36,075 nt of DNA from an uncultured Gallionellaceae bacterium (GCA_947085625.1 CAMTXD010000030.1:1-36075); one strand, 5' to 3'; shown: positions 1 to 9,071, numbered from the stretch's first letter. Notes: generated from the letters alone by a model not told the origin. Made by a program: numbers and translations.

Positions 1-138
1 GGTTGAAGATGTGAGAGAAAAAGCAAAAATTGTGCGGAAGGCGTAGTCACTCTACGTTGACAAACAATTTTTGCTTTTTCTCGCGCAGATTCAGCCTATT
101 GAACAGCCGCAGTAGAGGGCTAATGGAAAATCTGGGTT
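1..138. mobile_element. MITE-like palindromic element, partial copy cut by the window edge
   Basis: 135/138 identical to 15018-15155; ends in the terminal repeat GCTAATGGAAAATCTGGGTT. Confidence 0.85.
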
Positions 139-209
139 AAATGGATGGCGATTGCAAGCGCGCCAATAATAGCTGTTTTTAAATCAATATCTTTTAGGGA
201 GATTGTATT

Positions 210-599
210 ATGTATGGTTTCAGCATCCAACTCGACATGCCATTTGACACCGCAGTAGAAAAAACCATCGAGGGCCTGAAGCAAGAAGGCTTCGGCGTAC
301 TCACCGAGATTGACGTCAAGGCCACCCTGAAAGCCAAACTCAATCTCGACAAACGTCCTTACCTCATACTCGGCGCCTGCAATCCGGCGCTGGCCAACCG
401 CGCACTGGATGCGGAAGCCGACATTGGCCTGCTGCTGCCCTGTAATGTAGTGGTGCGTGAAGATGCAGACGGCAAAATCACTGTCGCCTTTCTTGATCCC
501 GACATCATGGTCAAACTGGTTAACAATCCAGAAGTGCGAGAGGTTGCCAAAGAAGCGCGTACCCGGCTGGAGCGTGTGCGCGACAGCCTGAAAGCATAA
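210..599 (+). CDS. DUF302 domain-containing protein
   Basis: [10 protein letters not shown]...YLILGACNP...[11 protein letters not shown] motifs; GGGAG RBS upstream. Confidence 0.9.
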   Translation: MYGFSIQLDMPFDTAVEKTIEGLKQEGFGVLTEIDVKATLKAKLNLDKRPYLILGACNPALANRALDAEADIGLLLPCNVVVREDADGKITVAFLDPDIMVKLVNNPEVREVAKEARTRLERVRDSLKA

Positions 600-643
600 C
601 CAAGGCAAGGCCCCCGCAAATAAAATTCACGAAGGAGTTCAAC

Positions 644-910
644 ATGTGTGGATCGGAGCACGGCAGCTGGATGTTTGGTGGCGGCGGTGGCTGGATGATT
701 TTCGGCTGGCTATGGATGGCTCTCATTTGGCTGATACCCATCCTGCTGCTGTTTGCCCTCATCAAATATCTGCTCGGCAGCAAAAATACCGGCTCTGCCA
801 AGGAGGCACCACGCCAGACCGCACTGGATATCTTGGACGAGGCTCATGCCCGCGGGGAGCTCACCCGCGAGGAATATTTGCAAAAACGTGATGACTTGCA
901 GAGAAAATAG
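644..910 (+). CDS. SHOCT domain-containing membrane protein
   Basis: Gly/Trp-rich N-terminus, one TM helix, C-terminal ALDILDEAHARGELTREEY; AAGGAG RBS. Confidence 0.85.
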   Translation: MCGSEHGSWMFGGGGGWMIFGWLWMALIWLIPILLLFALIKYLLGSKNTGSAKEAPRQTALDILDEAHARGELTREEYLQKRDDLQRK

Positions 911-1021
911 CGCAATAGCCAAGGAAAAATCCGACCCCATCGTCACTTTGACGAGGCACCTCGCAAGAATCCGGAAATAAGGTAGCGCCAGGCCTACATG
1001 CGCATGGCTCGCCATAACGCG

Positions 1022-1076
1022 GTCATCCCGGCCTCGTGCTTCTGTCACCCTGCTTGGGTATATTGGGCAGGGATCC
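1022..1076. repeat. REP-like short palindrome (GTCA(T/C)CC...GGGATCC type)
   Basis: GTCATCCCGG and GTCACCCTGC...GCAGGGATCC stem in an intergenic region; only one copy in the window. Confidence 0.3.
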
Positions 1077-1139
1077 GTAGGCGCTGACACACAAGGCTTT
1101 GCTTCTTGGAAAACGTCATGAAAACACCATGAAAATACT

Positions 1140-1748
1140 ATGAAAAACCTGTACAAATATTTTTTCCGCGGCCTGATCACTGTCCTGCCAGTGGCGCTGA
1201 CGTTGTATGTGCTTTATATCTTTCTGGCGTGGATGGAGACTTTGACACTGTGGGTCATGCGGCCGGTGATAGGCAGTTTTTATGTGCCCGGCATGGGGCT
1301 GGTGTTTGGTATCGCGGGCATCGTGTTGATCGGTTACCTGATGTCCAAACAAAGCATGCGCAAGCTGTTGTCGTTTGCCGAACTGCCGTTTACCAACTTG
1401 CCGGTCGTCAAAAGCATTTACTCCTCGCTCAGGAGTTTTGCCGACTATTTTTCGCCCACCGACAAGCAGGGCGAGCAAAGTGTGGTGATCTTGCGCATGC
1501 CCGGGCACGCGATGGAAATCGTCGGTCTGGTCACCCGCCGCAGCTTTGCAGATTTGCCCGCAGGGTTTTTGCTGGGGGAGCGTGTGGCGGTGTATCTGCC
1601 CATGGGCTACATGATCGGTGGCTACACCGTCTTTGTTCCCGTCGAATGGGTTCAACCCATTGAAATGTCCGTCGAGGAAGCCATGCGCTCGTCGCTGATC
1701 GCATGGATGGCGCGGCCGGCAAACGCCGCTGGCAACGCGCCCCGGTGA
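1140..1748 (+). CDS. DUF502 domain-containing membrane protein
   Basis: Two N-terminal TM helices, LPVVKSIYSS, VAVYLPM.Y.IGG, MSVEEAMR. Confidence 0.9.
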   Translation: MKNLYKYFFRGLITVLPVALTLYVLYIFLAWMETLTLWVMRPVIGSFYVPGMGLVFGIAGIVLIGYLMSKQSMRKLLSFAELPFTNLPVVKSIYSSLRSFADYFSPTDKQGEQSVVILRMPGHAMEIVGLVTRRSFADLPAGFLLGERVAVYLPMGYMIGGYTVFVPVEWVQPIEMSVEEAMRSSLIAWMARPANAAGNAPR

Positions 1749-1932
1749 GGTTGATGCGCATGACGCTATTGAATAGATAGCTATCATCGCCCGTAAGTTC
1801 ATGGGCTGGGAGTCAAAATCGGTACAAGAATTTTTGCTGAGCCGAGCGCGAAGGGCTTGGGCTAACGCCTTAGCGTGGAAGGGGACATTTCTATTTTAGC
1901 GTTGACACCAACTGAGCAGGGGTTGTCATTAA

Positions 1933-1952
1933 ATATCAGAATATGCTAATAT
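1933..1952. promoter_or_regulatory. Putative ArsR/SmtB-type operator upstream of the RND operon
   Basis: ATATCAGAATATGCTAATAT is a 16/20 palindrome in an AT-rich promoter region (TTGTCA at 1923, TATAAT at 1950). Confidence 0.45.
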
Positions 1953-1997
1953 AATAATAATTATTTTTAGCAGATGACTTGACATGGGTGATTTGAC

Positions 1998-3074
1998 ATG
2001 AAACGTGGAGCGCTATTCCTGCTGGCGGGCGGGTTTGTATTCGGGTTGGCAGCAGCCGCCGCAGTGCGGGCGGCAGAGCCGCTCGCCGTCGCGCCGGTGC
2101 AGTACCGCGAGGTGGCGCAAACATACAGCGCCGAGGGTGTGGTCGAGGCGACGCGGCGATCCACCGTGTCGGCGCAGATTGCCGGGCGGGTGAAGGAAAT
2201 TTATTTTGATGTCGGCGACGCGGTCAAGAAAGGCCAGATCATCCTGCGCATAGACGAGCGCGAGGCGGTGCAGGCCTTGGCCGGCAGCCAGGCACAGGTG
2301 ATGCAGGCGCAGGCTGCCTTGCATGATGCCAAATCCAGCTACGAACGTGCGCGCCAGATGTTCGAACAGAAGTTTATCAGCCAGGCGGCACTGGATAAGG
2401 CAGAGGCTGATTACAAGATGGCGCAGGCGCAGGCTGCGGCCAGTCAGGCAGGGAAAAATCAGGCGGCGCTGACACAGGGTTACAGCACCGTGGTCGCGCC
2501 ATATGGCGGTATGGTGGCGGCGCGCCTGGTGGAAGTTGGGGAGATGGTCACGGTCGGCTCGCCGCTGATGACCGGATTTGATCCGGCGCAGATGCGCGTG
2601 ATTGTGAATGTACCGCAGGACAAGCTGGCGGACATCGGCATCCGTTCCGATGTGACGCCCAATGTGACGATAGAATTCCCCACACTTAAACGCAGGGTGC
2701 GCGCCGCTTCGGTGTCGGTGCAGCCCGTGGCCGACGCGCGCACCCATACCACGCGGGTGCGTATTGATCTGCCTGGTAAAGAGGCGGATGCCAGGGAAAT
2801 GAATGTTTACCCGGGCATGTTCGTGCGCGCGCACTTCGTGGTGGGCACGGCAAAAAAGCTGCTGATTCCGGCGGCTGCCGTGGTGCGGCGCAGCGAGGTC
2901 ATCGCGGTGTATGTGGTGGGCGATACGGGCGCGATAACGCTGCGTCAGATTCGTCTGGGCGAGGCCGTTGGACAGGATGAAATCGAGGTGCTGGCCGGGT
3001 TGAATGCAGGCGAGCGGGTGGCGCTGGAACCGGTCAAGGCAGGCATGGCTCTGGCGCAACCAGTGAAGAAGTAA
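1998..3074 (+). CDS. Efflux RND transporter periplasmic adaptor (MFP) subunit
   Basis: Signal peptide, VSAQIAGRV lipoyl half-motif, coiled coil, VVAPYGG, YPGMFVRA, EVLAGL. Confidence 0.93.
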   Translation: MKRGALFLLAGGFVFGLAAAAAVRAAEPLAVAPVQYREVAQTYSAEGVVEATRRSTVSAQIAGRVKEIYFDVGDAVKKGQIILRIDEREAVQALAGSQAQVMQAQAALHDAKSSYERARQMFEQKFISQAALDKAEADYKMAQAQAAASQAGKNQAALTQGYSTVVAPYGGMVAARLVEVGEMVTVGSPLMTGFDPAQMRVIVNVPQDKLADIGIRSDVTPNVTIEFPTLKRRVRAASVSVQPVADARTHTTRVRIDLPGKEADAREMNVYPGMFVRAHFVVGTAKKLLIPAAAVVRRSEVIAVYVVGDTGAITLRQIRLGEAVGQDEIEVLAGLNAGERVALEPVKAGMALAQPVKK

Positions 3075-6000
3075 TGGGCATATCAGGGCGTATTGCCAGA
3101 TATTTCCTGCACTCGCAAATGACGCCATTGCTGGCGTTGGTGGCGGTGCTGCTGGGTCTATTCGCGGTGCTGGTGACGCCGCGCGAAGAAGAGCCGCAGA
3201 TCAATGTCACTATGGCCAATGTGCTGATCGCCTATCCCGGCGCATCGGCGCAGGATGTGGCGAACACCGTGGCCACTCCAGCCGAACAAGTGCTGTCGCA
3301 GATTGCCGGTGTGGATCATGTTTACTCGGTGTCGCAACCTGGCATGGCGGTTATTACCGTGCAGTTCAAGGTGGGCGAGCAGCATATTCCTTCGCTGGTC
3401 AAGCTGTACGATGTCATTCATTCCAATGCCGACTGGCTGCCGCCCACGCTCGGTGTGGCGCAGCCCATTATCAAGGCCAAAGGGATAGACGATGTGCCGG
3501 TGGTGGCGTTCACGCTCTGGCGCGAGAACGGCGTTGGCGGTGGCCTGGCGCTGACTCACGTGGCGCACGCCATCGAGGTTGAGTTGAAGCGCGTGCCGGG
3601 CACGCGTGAGGTAGTCACGCTGGGTGCGACGCCGCGTATCGTGCGCGTGTTGCTCGATCCGCAAAGCCTGAACGCGCATCATCTTTCCGTGCGGGATGTG
3701 CGTGCCGCCTTGCAGGCCGCCAACGTGTCGCAGGAGGCGGGCAGGCTGGTGCAAAATAACCGCGAAGTGCTGGTGCAGGCCGGCAATTTTCTGAGCGATG
3801 CAAGCGAGGTCGGCCGGTTGGTGGTGGGCGTGACCGATGGCAAGCCGGTGTATGTGCGCGATGTGGCGGAGGTGCGGGACGGCGCCGATCAGCCAGCCAG
3901 CTACGTCTGGCTGGGCACGGGCGCGGCGGCGAGCGACAAGGGCATCCAGGCCATGGGCGAATTCGGCGCAGTGACTGTGGCGATCAGCAAGAAGCCGGGC
4001 GAGAACGCGGTCGATGTCGCCAACCAGTTGCTGCAACGCGTAGAGGAACTCAAGGGCAGCGTGATACCGTCGGACGTGCAGGTCACCGCCACGCGCAACT
4101 ACGGCGAGACCGCCAACGACAAGGCGATGAAGCTGATCCAGAAGCTGATCCTCGCCACTCTCGCGGTGGTGGCGCTGGTGTGGTTGGCCCTGGGTTGGCG
4201 CGAGGCATTCATCGTCGGCGTCGCTGTGCTGCTCACGCTGGCGGCCACGCTGTTTGCTTCCTGGGCGTGGGGCTTTACCCTCAACCGCGTGTCATTGTTC
4301 GCGCTGATTTTTTCCATCGGCATTCTGGTGGACGATGCCATTGTGGTGGTCGAGAATATTCACAGAAGGCGCGAACTGGCGCCAGATCAGCCGCTGTCCG
4401 AGATTATTCCACAAGCAGTGGATGAAGTCGGCGCGCCTACCATATTGGCAACTTTTGCGGTGATTGCCGCCTTGCTGCCGATGGCTTTTGTCAGCGGCTT
4501 GATGGGGCCGTACATGAGCCCGATCCCGATCAACGCCAGCATGGGCATGCTAATTTCGCTGGCGGTGGCGTTTGTCATTACACCGTGGCTGGCGTTGAAG
4601 TTGCTCGGTAAGCATGATGGGTTACGGGCTGCGCCCTCCATCCATCCTACGCGGGCTTTTGTGAGGCGTGCCGCACTGAAAGTCACCTCACTTTTGGGCA
4701 AGCTATCATTCGGCGTCACGAAAACTGAGGCTTTGTTTCGCCGCGTACTTACCCCGTTCCTCAACCGCGAACAGGGCAAGTCCGCACGCCGTAAATTGTG
4801 GCTGGGCATTTTTGCCGGGCTGCTTTTTGCTGTGGCGTTGGGGGCAGTGAAGCTGGTGGTGCTGAAAATGCTGCCGTTCGACAATAAGTCCGAGTTCCAG
4901 GTGGTGGTGGACATGCCGAGCGGCACGGCGCTGGAGCAAACTTCAGCGGCGCTGCATGAGATCGGCAGATACCTGGCCACGGTGCCGGAAGTGACTGACT
5001 ATCAGGGTTATGCAGGAACCGCTTCGCCGATCAACTTCAATGGCCTGGTGCGCCAGTATTATTTGCGTAGTGCTGCCGAGCAGGGTGATATCCAGGTGAA
5101 TTTGCAGGCCAAGCATGAGCGCGAGCGCAGCAGCCATCAGATCGCAAGCAGCGTGCGCGAGCCGATTGAGGCCATCGCGAAAAAATGGGGCGCGAAAGTA
5201 AAGATAGTCGAAGTGCCGCCGGGGCCGCCAGTGTTGTCGCCCATCGTGGCGGAAATTTACGGGCCGGACTATGACGGTGCGCGCAAAGTGGCGGGCATGG
5301 TGCGCGAACAGTTCGACGCCACCGCAGACATCGTCGGCATAGACGACAGCGTGACCGCAGCCGCGCCCAAGCTGGTGTTGCGCGTGCTGCAAAGCAAGGC
5401 GGCGCTGCTCGGCGTAGCACCCGCCGATATCGTGGATACAATCCAGGTCGCCCTGTCCGGGCAGGACGTGACGACCTTGCACGACGCCACGGCCAAATAT
5501 GCGCCGCCGTTGCGCCTGGTCCTACCTGCGGAAAAACGCAGCCGCATAGACGACGTGCTCAAGCTCAAGGTGCGCGCCAACGATGGGGTGCTGGTGCCGT
5601 TGTCCGAGTTGGTGCAAGCCGTACCGGCGCAACGCGATTACCCCATCTATCACAAGAACCTGCTGCCGGTGGTGTATGTGTTTGGCGATATGGCCGACAA
5701 GCTGGACAGCCCGCTGTATGGTATGTTCGACATCAACGGCAAAGTCAGCGGCGCGCCGCTGGAGCAGGGCGGCACGCTGGATGTGCATTACTTCAAACAG
5801 CCGTCCAATCCCTATGCGGGATATGCGCTCAAGTGGGACGGAGAATGGCAGGTGACTTTCGAAACCTTCCGCGATATGGGCATTGCATATGCGGTTGGTT
5901 TGATCCTGATCTATCTGCTGGTGGTGGCGCAGTTCAAAAGCTATCTGATGCCACTGATCATCATGGCGCCGATTCCGCTCACCCTCATCGGCGTGATGCC

Positions 6001-6349
6001 GGGGCATGCCTTGCTCGGTGCGCAATTCACCGCCACCTCGATGATAGGCATGATCGCGCTGGCCGGGATTATTGTGCGCAACTCCATCCTGCTGGTGGAC
6101 TTCATCAACCTGCAATTGCGCGACGGGGTGGATTTGCAACGGGCGGTAATCGCATCCGCCGTCGCGCGCGCCAAGCCCATCATCCTCACTGGCCTGGCGG
6201 CCATGATGGGCGCGCTGTTCATCCTGGATGACCCGATTTTCAACGGGTTGGCCATCGCGCTGATTTTCGGCATTATGGTTTCCACGCTGCTGACGCTGGT
6301 GGTGATTCCGGTGCTGTATTACGCCACGCTGTATAAGAAATTCGCGTAA
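3074..6349 (+). CDS. Efflux RND transporter permease subunit (AcrB/AcrD/AcrF family)
   Basis: 1091 aa; PREEEPQI, GILVDDAIVVVENI, GIIVRNSILLVDF, RAKPIILT; TAATG coupling to the MFP gene. Confidence 0.95.
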   Translation: MGISGRIARYFLHSQMTPLLALVAVLLGLFAVLVTPREEEPQINVTMANVLIAYPGASAQDVANTVATPAEQVLSQIAGVDHVYSVSQPGMAVITVQFKVGEQHIPSLVKLYDVIHSNADWLPPTLGVAQPIIKAKGIDDVPVVAFTLWRENGVGGGLALTHVAHAIEVELKRVPGTREVVTLGATPRIVRVLLDPQSLNAHHLSVRDVRAALQAANVSQEAGRLVQNNREVLVQAGNFLSDASEVGRLVVGVTDGKPVYVRDVAEVRDGADQPASYVWLGTGAAASDKGIQAMGEFGAVTVAISKKPGENAVDVANQLLQRVEELKGSVIPSDVQVTATRNYGETANDKAMKLIQKLILATLAVVALVWLALGWREAFIVGVAVLLTLAATLFASWAWGFTLNRVSLFALIFSIGILVDDAIVVVENIHRRRELAPDQPLSEIIPQAVDEVGAPTILATFAVIAALLPMAFVSGLMGPYMSPIPINASMGMLISLAVAFVITPWLALKLLGKHDGLRAAPSIHPTRAFVRRAALKVTSLLGKLSFGVTKTEALFRRVLTPFLNREQGKSARRKLWLGIFAGLLFAVALGAVKLVVLKMLPFDNKSEFQVVVDMPSGTALEQTSAALHEIGRYLATVPEVTDYQGYAGTASPINFNGLVRQYYLRSAAEQGDIQVNLQAKHERERSSHQIASSVREPIEAIAKKWGAKVKIVEVPPGPPVLSPIVAEIYGPDYDGARKVAGMVREQFDATADIVGIDDSVTAAAPKLVLRVLQSKAALLGVAPADIVDTIQVALSGQDVTTLHDATAKYAPPLRLVLPAEKRSRIDDVLKLKVRANDGVLVPLSELVQAVPAQRDYPIYHKNLLPVVYVFGDMADKLDSPLYGMFDINGKVSGAPLEQGGTLDVHYFKQPSNPYAGYALKWDGEWQVTFETFRDMGIAYAVGLILIYLLVVAQFKSYLMPLIIMAPIPLTLIGVMPGHALLGAQFTATSMIGMIALAGIIVRNSILLVDFINLQLRDGVDLQRAVIASAVARAKPIILTGLAAMMGALFILDDPIFNGLAIALIFGIMVSTLLTLVVIPVLYYATLYKKFA
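4616..4651 (-). repeat. GTAG-type REP palindrome inside the RND permease CDS
   Basis: Minus strand reads CGTAGGATGGATGGAGGGCGCAGCCCGTAACCCATC: GTAG foot plus GATGG...CCATC stem. Confidence 0.65.
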
Positions 6350-6362
6350 AATTTTAACCATA

Positions 6363-6503
6363 AATCGCCCTCTCCCCAACCCTCTGGGTGAAACAACTAG
6401 CCATTCGACTAAGCTGCCAGAGTCCGCAGCTAAGTCGCTGGTTATCCCGCAAGCGGGGAGAGCGTAGCGAGGGGGGCGGAGCCGGGCAAACGAGAAAGGC
6501 ATT
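6363..6503. repeat. Intergenic palindromic repeat with a nested 60-bp hairpin insert (6386-6445)
   Basis: 6446-6503 matches 9405-9462 at 55/58; the left part CCCTCTCCCCAACCCTCT matches the gpsA copy. Confidence 0.85.
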
Positions 6504-6526
6504 AAAACCTTGAAGGAGTGTTACCC

Positions 6527-6727
6527 ATGACCGCAGATCGCATTGTCCGTATCGTCGCAGGTTTTTTCATCCTGCTGTCCCTGTCGCTGGGCGTGGAAGC
6601 CAGCCCGTTGTTCCTTAACCATAACTGGCTGTGGTTCACCGTCTTCGTCGGCCTGAACCTGTTCCAGAGCGGCCTCACCACCTTCTGTCCGCTCAACTAC
6701 ATCCTGGCAAAGTTTGGAATGAAATAG
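6527..6727 (+). CDS. DUF2892 (YgaP-like) inner membrane protein
   Basis: MTADRIVRIVAG...FVGLNLFQSGLTTFCPL; AAGGAG RBS before ATG 6527. Confidence 0.88.
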   Translation: MTADRIVRIVAGFFILLSLSLGVEASPLFLNHNWLWFTVFVGLNLFQSGLTTFCPLNYILAKFGMK

Positions 6728-6733
6728 GAGATT

Positions 6734-7200
6734 GTGATAACCAATCGTGAGCTGGCGGATAATCAGGAGGCGACCAACGAACGGCAGCCGGTAACTCAAT
6801 TAGGGTTGACAAGCAAAGCAGTTTTTGGCTCGATACGCCCGGCTCACCTTAGTCTGATATTGATCGGGCTGATGTGGGTTTTTCCATTTTTGATTTACTA
6901 CCATGCCTATCCGCGCACCACCTTCTATCAGGAATGGAGTGCGGCCATGTTGGGGCTGGCCGCCAGGTCTTGCTGGTAACGCCGCGCTACTGGATGCAGC
7001 CGGAGCTCCCGCGCGTTACTTTGCTGCCCATAGGCTTGATGTTGATTATCGTGCTGCAGTTTGCACTGGGGCGGGTGGCTTATTTTGATCAGGCCATGCT
7101 GGGCGCGCTGGCAGCGAAAGACCCCGCGCACTTCGCCGCCCTGCTAGAATACGCATCCCAAAAATACGAGGAGTATCAACGTGCAGTTCGTGCAAGATAA
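6734..7200 (+). pseudogene. PglL/Wzy_C O-antigen-ligase-like gene with a frameshift and a large internal deletion
   Basis: N-terminal P.TTFYQEW.A..LG motif, frame change near 6965, TM segment LQFALGRVAYFDQA joined directly to a C-terminal-like tail. Confidence 0.65.
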
Positions 7201-7591
7201 TATCTGGATGATCCTGGTGCTGGTAGGCAGCGGCTTGATGTTGCTGTGGTCATTTTTCGGCAACCGCCTGCGCGGGGTGAAGGAGGCCGATGGCGTGGCT
7301 GCCCTGCAAATGATCAACCACAAGAATGCGCTCATCCTGGATGTGCGCGAAGAAGGCGAGTTCAATGGCGGACACATCCTGAATGCGAAGCATATCCCGC
7401 TGGGCAAGCTCAAGGAACGTATTGGCGAATTGGAACGTTATCGCGAGCGGCCTATAGTGGTTTACTGCCGCAGCGGCCAGCGTTCGGCTTCGGCGTGCGT
7501 GCAGCTGGGTAAGCAGGGATTCGGTCAGGCTTATAATCTGGTTGGTGGCGTGATGGCCTGGCAGAAGGCCGGCTTGCCGCTGAAGAAATAA
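7181..7591 (+). CDS. Rhodanese-like domain protein (YibN-like)
   Basis: N-terminal TM anchor, LDVRE..EF..GHI, active-site CRSGQRS, GGVMAW; conserved position before grxC-secB. Confidence 0.92.
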   Translation: MQFVQDNIWMILVLVGSGLMLLWSFFGNRLRGVKEADGVAALQMINHKNALILDVREEGEFNGGHILNAKHIPLGKLKERIGELERYRERPIVVYCRSGQRSASACVQLGKQGFGQAYNLVGGVMAWQKAGLPLKK

Positions 7592-7848
7592 TGGCTGGTG
7601 TTCTAATGTACTGTACCGCAGTGTGCCCGTATTGCGTGCTGGCTGAGCGCCTGCTACGCGCCAGGGGCGTGACGGAAATTGAGAAAATTCGCGTGGATCT
7701 GCAACCGGAGTTGCGCATAGCCATGATGGAAAAAACTGAGCGGCGAAGCGTGCCGCAAATTTACATCGGTACACGCCATGTCGGCGGCTATGATGACCTG
7801 GCGGCGCTGGACCACAGCGGCGAATTGACGCAATTATTGAATGGCTAG
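7591..7848 (+). CDS. grxC: Glutaredoxin 3
   Basis: CPYC, SVPQIYIG..HVGGYDDL; synteny with secB. Confidence 0.95.
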   Translation: MAGVLMYCTAVCPYCVLAERLLRARGVTEIEKIRVDLQPELRIAMMEKTERRSVPQIYIGTRHVGGYDDLAALDHSGELTQLLNG

Positions 7849-7857
7849 TTTGTAGTC

Positions 7858-7980
7858 GTTAGACATTAGACGTTAGACATTAGACGTTAGACGTTAGACG
7901 TTAGACGTTAGACGTTAGACGTTAGACGTTAGACGTTAGACGTTAGACGTTAGACGTTAGACGTTAGACGTTAGACGTTA
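7858..7980. repeat. Heptamer tandem repeat (GTTAGAC)x17.6
   Basis: 17 full units (units 2 and 4 are ATTAGAC) plus GTTA. Confidence 0.97.
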
Positions 7981-8056
7981 GTTAGCGTAGTCCGCTACGC
8001 GGTGTTTGCTTTAACTAGCGACTAGCGACTGCCTTATCTTAAATTGAGGACGAAAA

Positions 8057-8527
8057 ATGAGTGAAGAAACGCCACCCCAGCAATCCATATTCAACATCGA
8101 GAAACTCTATGTAAAAGACCTATCGCTGGAAATTCCCCATGCGCCGAGCATCTTTCTGGAACGCGAGAATCCGCAAATTGACCTGCAGCTGCATAGCCAG
8201 GCTACACCTATCGAGGAGGGGCTGTTCGAGGTAAGCGTTACCGCTACGATCACCGCCAAACTGGCGGGAAAGGATAAGGTTATGTTCCTAATTGAGGCTA
8301 AACAGGCCGGTATTTTTCAGGTGCGCAACCTGCCGCAGGACGAGCTGGAGCCGGTGCTGGGGATAATCTGCCCCAATATTCTTTATCCCTACCTGCGCGA
8401 GGTGGTATCGGATGTGGCAGTGCGTGCCGGATTTGCGCCGGTGCTGCTCAACCCGATCAATTTTGACGTACTGTATCAACAGCAGAAACAGCTGCAAACA
8501 CAGGCCGCGCCAGTTACCAAGCATTGA
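8057..8527 (+). CDS. secB: Protein-export chaperone SecB
   Basis: IEKLYVKDLSLEIP, QAGIF, CPNILYPYLRE, LNPINFD. Confidence 0.97.
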   Translation: MSEETPPQQSIFNIEKLYVKDLSLEIPHAPSIFLERENPQIDLQLHSQATPIEEGLFEVSVTATITAKLAGKDKVMFLIEAKQAGIFQVRNLPQDELEPVLGIICPNILYPYLREVVSDVAVRAGFAPVLLNPINFDVLYQQQKQLQTQAAPVTKH

Positions 8528-8529
8528 AA

Positions 8530-8976
8530 ATGCAACTCCGCACCGCCCTTGTTTTTTCCATTACCCTGCTCGCAACGGCCGGTTCCGCGCACGCGCTGGA
8601 CTATGTATCGGTCGAGGAAGGTTCCGCCATTCTTTATGACGCGCCCTCGACGAAGGCAAAAAAAATGTTTGTGGTCAGCCGTTACCTGCCGTTGGAACAG
8701 GTGGTCAGCCTAGACGCCTGGGTCAAGGTGCGCGACAGTTCCGGTAGCCTGGCCTGGGTGGAAAAGCGCGCCTTGAGTAGTAAGCGTTTCGTGGTGGTGA
8801 CACCGACGCTCGCCGAAGTGCGCCAGGCACCCGAGGAAAACGCGGCGGTGGTTCTGCAAGCGCGCCAGCAGGTAGCGCTGGAATGGCTGGAAAACACAGA
8901 CATCGGCTGGCTCAAGGTGCGCCATCGGGACGGCGTGACGGGATATGTGAGGACGGCCGATGTGTGGGGGGATTAA
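8530..8976 (+). CDS. SH3 domain-containing secreted protein
   Basis: Signal peptide, two SH3-like repeats (WVKVRD..G..AWV; WLKVRH.DG..GYV); usual position between secB and gpsA in Betaproteobacteria. Confidence 0.88.
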   Translation: MQLRTALVFSITLLATAGSAHALDYVSVEEGSAILYDAPSTKAKKMFVVSRYLPLEQVVSLDAWVKVRDSSGSLAWVEKRALSSKRFVVVTPTLAEVRQAPEENAAVVLQARQQVALEWLENTDIGWLKVRHRDGVTGYVRTADVWGD

Positions 8977-9071
8977 TCAGATGACAGAAGTGTTGTCGCG
9001 GCTGCGCCGCGCTGTTAATCAATGTGCCGCATGGTGGCACACAAAAATCTGTCCTCTGTCTTCTGTCCTCT
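8977..9071. repeat. Inverted heptamer-repeat element (CAGATGACAGA ... (TCTGTCY)x3) with internal hairpins
   Basis: Right arm 9048-9071, complementary left arm 8978-8989, central CGCGGC-TGC-GCCGCG and TGTGCC...GGCACA stems. Confidence 0.65.

Noticed and set aside
1762-1822. Possible ncRNA or dispersed repeat (GCTATTGAATAGATAGC...)
   Set aside because: Resembles intergenic repeats of Betaproteobacteria, but there is only one copy here and no family can be supported
2013-6502. Long minus-strand ORFs (371, 292 and 326 aa)
   Set aside because: Antisense shadows of the GC-rich RND genes with no recognisable motifs
7858-7980. CRISPR array
   Set aside because: Contiguous 7-mers with no spacers, and no cas genes in the window
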